This document shows, one piece after another, positions 57,467-64,000 of a DNA stretch of 64,000 bases. The stretch comes from Candidatus Dadabacteria bacterium (GTDB taxonomy: Bacteria > Desulfobacterota_D > UBA1144 > Nemesobacterales > Nemesobacteraceae), in NCBI GenBank assembly GCA_026706695.1, contig JAPOYE010000016.1, forward strand, positions 6,191 through 70,190, read 5' to 3'. Each line of letters opens with the position of its first letter. Within the stretch, counting starts at the first letter, position 1. Below the pieces are notes generated by a model. It saw nothing but the letters and a program-made list of their open reading frames with translations, ran no database searches and was not told the DNA's origin. Both the position numbers and the translations under genes were made by a program.

Positions 57467-60400
57467 TCAGTTTCCGCTTACGCGCGCGAGATCTCGTTTG
57501 TTTTCCTCAAAAGCCGCCATAAGGGCTTCGTCACCCGAAAGACCGCTCTGTTGCGCGCGGTTTATGTGCTCGAGCATTCTCTTGTAGTCTTTCGGTATTA
57601 CCTTAACGAATCTGGGAAGACTCCCGGACCAGTTCTCCAATATCCGCCGCGCTATCTCGCTTCCAGTGTACTCAAGATGGTTCCTTATCATCCCAAGAAG
57701 TTCCGCTTCGTCATTCTCCTCCACGAATTCAAGGAACACGGATTCGGTATTGCACCTTCCGTGGAAACCCCCCTCGGGATCGTAAACATACGCCATGCCG
57801 CCCGACATCCCGGCCGCAAAATTCCTCCCGGTCGAACCCAGCACCGCAACGCGGCCCCCGGTCATGTATTCGCAGCAATGATCCCCGACAGCCTCCACCA
57901 CGGCGCGGACTCCGCTGTTTCTCACGCAGAACCTCTCCCCGGCAACACCTCTCACATAGGCTTCCCCTCCGGTGGCACCGTAGAACGCTACGTTCCCGAT
58001 TATTATATTCTCCTCCGCAACGAAGGTGGACTCCTTCGGCGGATAAATGATCATTTTCCCTCCAGAAAGCCCCTTTCCCGTATAGTCGTTCGAGTCACCC
58101 TCGAGAATAAGCGTCATGCTCTTGGGAACGAAGGCTCCAAAGCTTTGACCCGCCGAACCAGAGAAATGAAGCCTTATCGTATCCTCCTCAAGCCCGTCAA
58201 GGCCGTATCTTCTCGTAAGCTCGCTTCCAACTATGGTCCCTACAGTTCTGTTAACATTCTTTATGGGGACATCGGCGCGGACCTTCTCTCCCTTTTCAAT
58301 CGTCGGGCGGCATATATCCATCAGGACAGTTTCGTCAAGAGAGTTCTGTATGCCGTGGTCCTGTTCGATCTGGCAGTAGGTTCCCCAGTCCTCGGGAACT
58401 TCGGGACGGAAAAGGATGCTGCTTACATCTATGCCTTTGGCCTTCCAGTGATCAAGCGATTCTCTCATCTCGAGGCAGTCCGTTCTGCCTATCATCTCGT
58501 TTACAGTCCGGAAGCCCATCTTCGCCATTATTTCGCGGAACTCAGTGGCGACAAAACGCATGAAATCTACCACGTGCGCCGGATCTCCAGTGTATTTCTT
58601 TCGAAGCTCGGGGTTTTGCGTGGCAACTCCCACGGGACAGGTGTCAAGATGGCAGACCCTCATCATTATGCATCCGAGAACTATGAGCGGAGCCGTGGAA
58701 AACCCGTACTCCTCGGCACCCAGAAGTGCCGCGATGGCCACATCCCTTCCGGTTTTCATCTGACCGTCCGTCTCAAGAACCACCCTGCTTCTAAGGTTAT
58801 TAAGAACAAGCGTCTGATGCGTCTCGGCTATGCCCAGTTCCCAGGGAAGTCCCGCGTGGTGTATGCTGCTTTGCGGGGATGCTCCCGTTCCCCCAGAGGT
58901 TCCGCTTATGAGTATCACGTCCGCATGACCCTTCGCCACGCCGGCGGCTATGGTACCGACGCCGACCTCGGAAACCAGCTTGACGTTTATCCTCGCGTGC
59001 TTGTTCGCGTTTTTAAGATCGTAGATGAGTTGCGCCAGATCCTCGATCGAGTAGATGTCGTGGTGCGGGGGAGGCGATATGAGGCCCACTCCCGGAGTCG
59101 AGAGTCTCACCTTGGCTATCCACGGGTAAACTTTTCTCCCGGGAAGCTGTCCGCCTTCACCCGGCTTCGCTCCCTGGGCTATCTTTATCTGTATCTCGTC
59201 CGAGTTCACCAGGTATTCGCTCGTGACGCCGAAACGGCCGGAAGCAACCTGCTTTATGGCGCTTCTTCTGAGATCCCCGTTCGGATCGGGGGTATATCTG
59301 TCTGAATCTTCTCCCCCCTCGCCCGTGTTGCTCTTGGCTCCTATTCGGTTCATCGCGATGGCAAGGCTTTCGTGGGCCTCCTTGCTTATCGCCCCGTAGG
59401 ACATAGCCCCCGTCTTGAACCTCCTGCATATGCTCTCGACCGACTCCACCTCGTCAAGCGGCACGGGATTGTCCGAGTACTTAAGCTCCATCAGGCCGCG
59501 GAGGGTAAAATGTTCCTTTTCCTCGTCGTTTGCAAGCTTCGTGTATTCCTTGAATTTCTCGTAGCTTCTCGTCTGGCAGGCTTCCTGAAGCTTGTGCACT
59601 GTGCGCGGGTGGTACATGTGACGCTCTCCGTCGGGTCTCCACCTGTAAACCCCTCCGGTCTCAAGCGTCGCGGTCTCAACATCCCTTTCCGCGTAAGCCT
59701 TGGAGTGACGTTTTATCGATTCCTCCGCTATAACGTCAATTCCCACTCCCTGTATACGGGAAGCCGTCCAAGTGAAGTATTTCCCGACAAACTCGGTATT
59801 TAGCCCGAGGGCCTCGAATATCTGGGCCCCGTGGTAGCTTTGCACCGTGGAAATACCTATTTTGGACATTATTTTCACTATGCCCTTCACGAGACTCTTC
59901 ACGTACCCGGAGACCGCTTCCTCGTAAGATATGCCCACAAGCATATTCTGGTGGATCATGCCGTTTAGGGTCTCGTAAGCCATGTAGGGGGCGACGGCGC
60001 TTGCGCCGTAGCCTATAAGAAGCGCCATGTGATGAGTCTCCCTCGGCTCGCCCGATTCAACAACGAGCGCCGCGCGCATCCTGTTTCCGTTTTTTATCAG
60101 GTGGTGGTGAAGCCCCGAGACCGCCAGCAAGGCGGGAATGGGGGCGTTCTCAGCATCAAAGTCCCTGTCCGAGAGAACCAGGATGTTGGCACCCTTTTCT
60201 ATGAGTTCATCGGCGCGGGCGAATATCCCGGAGAGCGCCTCCTCTAGCCCCTCATCTCCCTTTTTAGGATCAAAAAGGGTGGGGATTACTTCGCAGCGGA
60301 ACTTCTCCCCGCGAACGGTTTTCAGTTTTTCGATTTCCGGGTTCGTAAGAAACGGGGTCTCAAGTTCTAATTTCTCGGAGCTTTTCGCCTCGGGACGGAG

Positions 60401-62065
60401 TATGTTGGCCGTCTTGCCCAGCGTGACCATGGTCCCGGTTATAAGTTCCTCGCGTATGGCGTCAATAGCGGGATTTGTGACCTGAGCGAACATCTGCTTG
60501 AAATAGTTGTAAAGAAGCTTCGATTCGTCAGAAAGCGCCGCAAGCGGGGTATCGACTCCCATGGCACCCACAGGTTCGACCGCGTTTTTCGACATCGGAC
60601 CCAGAAGAATGCGCAGATCCTCGAAGGTGTAGCCGAAAACCCTCTGCCTCGTAAGAAGCGTTTCGGAGTCATACTCGGGCGGAGTCTCCGCCGGCTCTCC
60701 TTCCATAATCCCGGAGAAGCTCTCCATGTTTTCCCTGAGCCACTTTCCGTAGGGTTTTTCCGTTGAAAGTCTCTCCTTGAGTTCCGTGTCGCCAACGATG
60801 CGGCCTTCACGCGTGTCTATAAGAAGCATCCTTCCCGGGAGCAGGCGACCCTTGTAGCTCACCCTCTCGGGCGGTATGTCGAGGACTCCCACTTCTGAAC
60901 CCAGCACCACGGTGTCGTCCTTGGTAACGTAATATCTCGTGGGACGAAGCCCGTTTCTGTCAAGCACCGCTCCCACTTTCTCGCCGTCTGTAAAAGCTAT
61001 GGAAGCAGGACCATCCCAGGGTTCCATAAGGCAACTGTGAAACCTGTAGAAATCCTTTTTCTCCTCGGACATGCTCTCGTGCTTTGACCACGGTTCGGGA
61101 ATCATCATCATCACGGCATGCTCTATGGAGTAGCCCGACAGGCAAAGAAATTCCATCGCATTATCGAAAGAGGCGGAATCGCTTCCCTCGGGAGCTATCA
61201 CCGGGAAGATTTTTTCTATGTCGTCGCCGTAGAACTCGGATTCCAAAACGGCCTGCCTTGAGTGCATCCAGTTTATGTTCCCACGAAGCGTGTTTATCTC
61301 GCCGTTATGTATCACGTATCTGTAAGGGTGAGCTCTGTCCCAGCTCGGAAACGTGTTCGTGCTGAAACGCGAGTGCACAAGCGCTATTGCACTTTCCATG
61401 AGATCAGACATGAGGTCCGGGAAATAGGGCACAAGCTGCCAGGTAACAAGCATTCCCTTGTAAACTATTGTCCTCGATGAAAGGCTCGTCACGTAAAAAT
61501 GCTCGTCGCTCCCCGCGGTCTTTATTTCGTTCTCCGCGCGCTTTCTTATTATGTAGAGCCTTCTCTCAAAATCGTCCCCGACGGGGGTCCCGTCTCCCCG
61601 GCCGATGAATATCTGCCTTATCCCGGGCTCACACCCTAGAGCGGTCGCGCCCAGAGAGGAATTGTCGGTCGGAACGGTCCGCCAGCCCAAAATGCTCTGG
61701 CCTTCCTCGGTGACTATATCCTCAAGTCTCTTTTTCGTTTTCTTCTCAACAGATGGATCCGGAGAGAGAAATATCATTCCGACTCCGTAATCCTCTTCTG
61801 ACGGGAGAGTGATTCCCTCAGATTCCAAGGCATCGACGAAAAACGCGTGGGGTTTCTGGAACAGTATTCCGGCACCGTCTCCCGTGTTCGGCTCGCATCC
61901 GCAGGCCCCGCGGTGCTCCAAGTTTTTTAGGACGATTATAGCATCGCGGATTATGGAATTCGACCTGACGCCCTTAACGTTAACAACGAATCCTATTCCG
62001 CAGGAATCGTGTTCAAACGCAGGGTCGTAAAGTCCCCTTTTTTCGGGAAGTTTCTTAAAATTCAT
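57467..62065 (-). CDS. gltB: Glutamate synthase large subunit
   Basis: 1532 aa. N-terminal amidotransferase Cys ([11 protein letters not shown]), FMN and 3Fe-4S regions, and a C-terminal GXGXG domain. Confidence 0.95.
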   Translation of the reverse strand: MNFKKLPEKRGLYDPAFEHDSCGIGFVVNVKGVRSNSIIRDAIIVLKNLEHRGACGCEPNTGDGAGILFQKPHAFFVDALESEGITLPSEEDYGVGMIFLSPDPSVEKKTKKRLEDIVTEEGQSILGWRTVPTDNSSLGATALGCEPGIRQIFIGRGDGTPVGDDFERRLYIIRKRAENEIKTAGSDEHFYVTSLSSRTIVYKGMLVTWQLVPYFPDLMSDLMESAIALVHSRFSTNTFPSWDRAHPYRYVIHNGEINTLRGNINWMHSRQAVLESEFYGDDIEKIFPVIAPEGSDSASFDNAMEFLCLSGYSIEHAVMMMIPEPWSKHESMSEEKKDFYRFHSCLMEPWDGPASIAFTDGEKVGAVLDRNGLRPTRYYVTKDDTVVLGSEVGVLDIPPERVSYKGRLLPGRMLLIDTREGRIVGDTELKERLSTEKPYGKWLRENMESFSGIMEGEPAETPPEYDSETLLTRQRVFGYTFEDLRILLGPMSKNAVEPVGAMGVDTPLAALSDESKLLYNYFKQMFAQVTNPAIDAIREELITGTMVTLGKTANILRPEAKSSEKLELETPFLTNPEIEKLKTVRGEKFRCEVIPTLFDPKKGDEGLEEALSGIFARADELIEKGANILVLSDRDFDAENAPIPALLAVSGLHHHLIKNGNRMRAALVVESGEPRETHHMALLIGYGASAVAPYMAYETLNGMIHQNMLVGISYEEAVSGYVKSLVKGIVKIMSKIGISTVQSYHGAQIFEALGLNTEFVGKYFTWTASRIQGVGIDVIAEESIKRHSKAYAERDVETATLETGGVYRWRPDGERHMYHPRTVHKLQEACQTRSYEKFKEYTKLANDEEKEHFTLRGLMELKYSDNPVPLDEVESVESICRRFKTGAMSYGAISKEAHESLAIAMNRIGAKSNTGEGGEDSDRYTPDPNGDLRRSAIKQVASGRFGVTSEYLVNSDEIQIKIAQGAKPGEGGQLPGRKVYPWIAKVRLSTPGVGLISPPPHHDIYSIEDLAQLIYDLKNANKHARINVKLVSEVGVGTIAAGVAKGHADVILISGTSGGTGASPQSSIHHAGLPWELGIAETHQTLVLNNLRSRVVLETDGQMKTGRDVAIAALLGAEEYGFSTAPLIVLGCIMMRVCHLDTCPVGVATQNPELRKKYTGDPAHVVDFMRFVATEFREIMAKMGFRTVNEMIGRTDCLEMRESLDHWKAKGIDVSSILFRPEVPEDWGTYCQIEQDHGIQNSLDETVLMDICRPTIEKGEKVRADVPIKNVNRTVGTIVGSELTRRYGLDGLEEDTIRLHFSGSAGQSFGAFVPKSMTLILEGDSNDYTGKGLSGGKMIIYPPKESTFVAEENIIIGNVAFYGATGGEAYVRGVAGERFCVRNSGVRAVVEAVGDHCCEYMTGGRVAVLGSTGRNFAAGMSGGMAYVYDPEGGFHGRCNTESVFLEFVEENDEAELLGMIRNHLEYTGSEIARRILENWSGSLPRFVKVIPKDYKRMLEHINRAQQSGLSGDEALMAAFEENKRDLARVSGN

Positions 62066-62213
62066 ATAACTGTCCGCCTGTTGTGTTGTTATGAAAAAAC
62101 AACGCGAGAGCTGATGCCGGCGTAAGCAACCTCTTCAGACGCCATCGTACAATTATAACATAAATCCGAAACTCCGCACACGCACCTCCCACGGTTATAA
62201 TAAACAAGGAAAG

Positions 62214-62555
62214 ATGGCAATTAATCCCCAGAAAATCAAAGAGAAAAAAGACCCTGAAAGCATAATCCTCTCTTTCCACATGGAGTCAAGCGCGACTTTG
62301 TGGAACAGGATATTCGAGGGTTTTTCCTCCGAGATGGTCCTCGTGAGCAGGTTCGAGGGAAAGAACAGAAAGGCTCTCGACATACTCTACAGATTCGGCT
62401 CCATCGTCGCAGAAAAATATGGGAAATGCGCCGTAGAACCCAGGGTCTACGGAATAGTCATAAAAAAAGACGTAAGCGACGAACCCGAGGAGACGATAAA
62501 CGAATGGATGGACCTGATGCGCAGGCTTCGCCACGAGATAATCGAGGTGCTCTAA
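62214..62555 (+). CDS. Hypothetical small protein
   Basis: 113 aa ORF in the gltB-birA divergent/convergent gap. No recognisable motif. Confidence 0.3.
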   Translation: MAINPQKIKEKKDPESIILSFHMESSATLWNRIFEGFSSEMVLVSRFEGKNRKALDILYRFGSIVAEKYGKCAVEPRVYGIVIKKDVSDEPEETINEWMDLMRRLRHEIIEVL

Positions 62556-63370
62556 AAAACCGTATCTCCCGTAATCACCTTGCGAAGGTCGCCTTCATCC
62601 GTTCTCAGATAAAGAAATCCATTTGCATCGACGCGTTCCACGACTCCGCTTACAACCTCTCCCGAGACGTCTACGGATATCTCCTTTCCCAGAAATCCCC
62701 ACATCTCGATCCACGTATCCACAATCGCCCCTGTCCCGCGGCGACGAAACTCCCCGTAGAACCGGTCAAGGGTGTTAATAAGCTCCGCGCAGAACTTCTC
62801 CCTGTTAACTTCCTCTCCGAGGAGTATAGAAAGAGAGGTGGTTTTCTCTGAAATATCCTCCATTTCGCGGCGGATGAATTCCTCGGGCAAATTGAGATTA
62901 ACCCCGATGCCGATCACAAGATAGTCGATAGCGCCGCCGGAGGTTCCAAGTTCCGTGAGCACCCCCGAAATCTTCTTTCCGCCAACAAGAATATCGTTCG
63001 GCCACTTTATCTCGGCGTCTACTCCGTAAGTTGAGAAAACCTCGACAAGGGCGCAGGACGCAAGGAAGGTAAAGACGGAGGATCTCTGCGGGGATACCTC
63101 CGGGCGAAACAAGGCGGAGAGATAAAGATTCATGCCCCCGGGAGATACCCACTTTCGCCCAAGCCGTCCCCTACCCCCGGTCTGCGAATCGGAGACCACT
63201 ACCGTTCCGTCCGCGTCTGAGCCTTCCGCTACGAGTTCACGCAGGACGTCATTTGTGGAACCTAACTCATTGAAAACAAAAAGCTGCTCGCCAACTTTTT
63301 CCGCCTGAAGATGTTTTCTTATTCTCGAAATTTCCATGCAGATAAAGCACCCCTTTTGCGCGATATTCAA
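62552..63370 (-). CDS. birA: Biotin--[acetyl-CoA-carboxylase] ligase
   Basis: GRGRLGRKWVSPGG and KWPNDILVGGKKISGVL biotin-protein ligase motifs. Confidence 0.85.
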   Translation of the reverse strand: MNIAQKGCFICMEISRIRKHLQAEKVGEQLFVFNELGSTNDVLRELVAEGSDADGTVVVSDSQTGGRGRLGRKWVSPGGMNLYLSALFRPEVSPQRSSVFTFLASCALVEVFSTYGVDAEIKWPNDILVGGKKISGVLTELGTSGGAIDYLVIGIGVNLNLPEEFIRREMEDISEKTTSLSILLGEEVNREKFCAELINTLDRFYGEFRRRGTGAIVDTWIEMWGFLGKEISVDVSGEVVSGVVERVDANGFLYLRTDEGDLRKVITGDTVF

Positions 63371-63413
63371 GTATTATAGTCGGAACTCCCGCTCAAGAAA
63401 AAAACTCGGTTCC

Positions 63414-64000
63414 GTGAAACGACTTCTTTCGAAAAACCTTGCGATACCGTTTGCCGCCTACGGGGTGGTGATAGCGGCGATCATAATCTCAAGAGCCGCG
63501 ATTGGCCGTGAGTACGCCCTTTTGCTCTCGGCGGGGTTCATGCTCTGGGTTCCGTTCCTGCTTGACCGCGGCGCGGTGGATGTTTTGAGGTTTGATCCGC
63601 GGGGACTGGTTCGGGGAGCGGTAATTTCTATTGCGGTGCTTTTCTCCTACCTGGTCTGCCTATATCTTTTTTCAGCCTACTTGGGAAAAACGGTCAAGTT
63701 CGTTGAACCGACGGCACTTTTCGTGCTCACGCACCTTGTAGTTATAGCGTTTCCCGAGGAGTTTTTCTTCAGGGGATACCTTCAGAGAACTCTCGGCGGC
63801 GGATGGGGTGCGATTATTGCGGCAAGCGTGCTTTTTGCCTTGGCGCATCTTCTCGTGATCTGCGTATTCTCCGGTGGGAGCTACTGCGCGCAGAACGTCC
63901 TCACCTTTTTCCCTTCGCTTGTCATGGGGTATCTGTACATGAGAACCGGAAACATCTGGTCAAGCGTCTTCTTTCACTTCGCCGCAAATATCGTTTACCT
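63414..64000 (+). CDS. CPBP-family (CAAX) intramembrane metalloprotease, 3' end beyond the window
   Basis: Frame opening with a GTG start. Motifs EEFFFRG, FALAHL and FHFAANIV (EExxxR / FxxxH / HxxxN). No stop before the window end. Confidence 0.6.
   Translation, partial: MKRLLSKNLAIPFAAYGVVIAAIIISRAAIGREYALLLSAGFMLWVPFLLDRGAVDVLRFDPRGLVRGAVISIAVLFSYLVCLYLFSAYLGKTVKFVEPTALFVLTHLVVIAFPEEFFFRGYLQRTLGGGWGAIIAASVLFALAHLLVICVFSGGSYCAQNVLTFFPSLVMGYLYMRTGNIWSSVFFHFAANIVY

Overview
This 64 kb window looks like a diderm (Gram-negative-type) bacterial chromosome at roughly 55-58% GC, with no rRNA genes and no CRISPR array. Housekeeping genes, in order: glnA 3' end; gspCDEFGHIJK type II secretion operon; DAACS transporter; ruvX; tig-clpP-clpX; pssA-psd-ilvC-ilvN; grxD-bolA; arfB; btuFCD-like ABC importer; rnhA; RNase P RNA; tyrS; gltBD; birA. 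Four tRNA genes: Leu-CAG, Leu-TAG, Lys-CTT, CAT-anticodon Met/Ile2. Several small accessory patches sit between these. (1) A lower-GC gene for a secreted collagen-like protein, bracketed by a pair of inverted 24-30 bp hairpin elements. (2) A TonB-dependent receptor followed by an in-frame tandem duplication of an exported His-rich protein. Each copy begins with His right after the signal peptide and ends in a Cys + transmembrane + basic sorting-signal-like tail. (3) A candidate reductive iron-uptake cluster: cytochrome c-FTR1 fusion, porin, FMN-binding lipoprotein, small membrane protein, ApbE. (4) A ~1.1 kb AT-rich island with an SDH/ClpP-fold serine protease and a small Lys-rich ORF. (5) A HEPN/MNT toxin-antitoxin-like pair whose MNT gene is broken by a 14-bp tandem duplication. 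(6) A low-GC DUF4160/DUF2442 pair. (7) A structured 430-bp intergenic region. All functional calls rest on motif-level recognition from the translated ORFs and on sequence features read directly. No database search was run.
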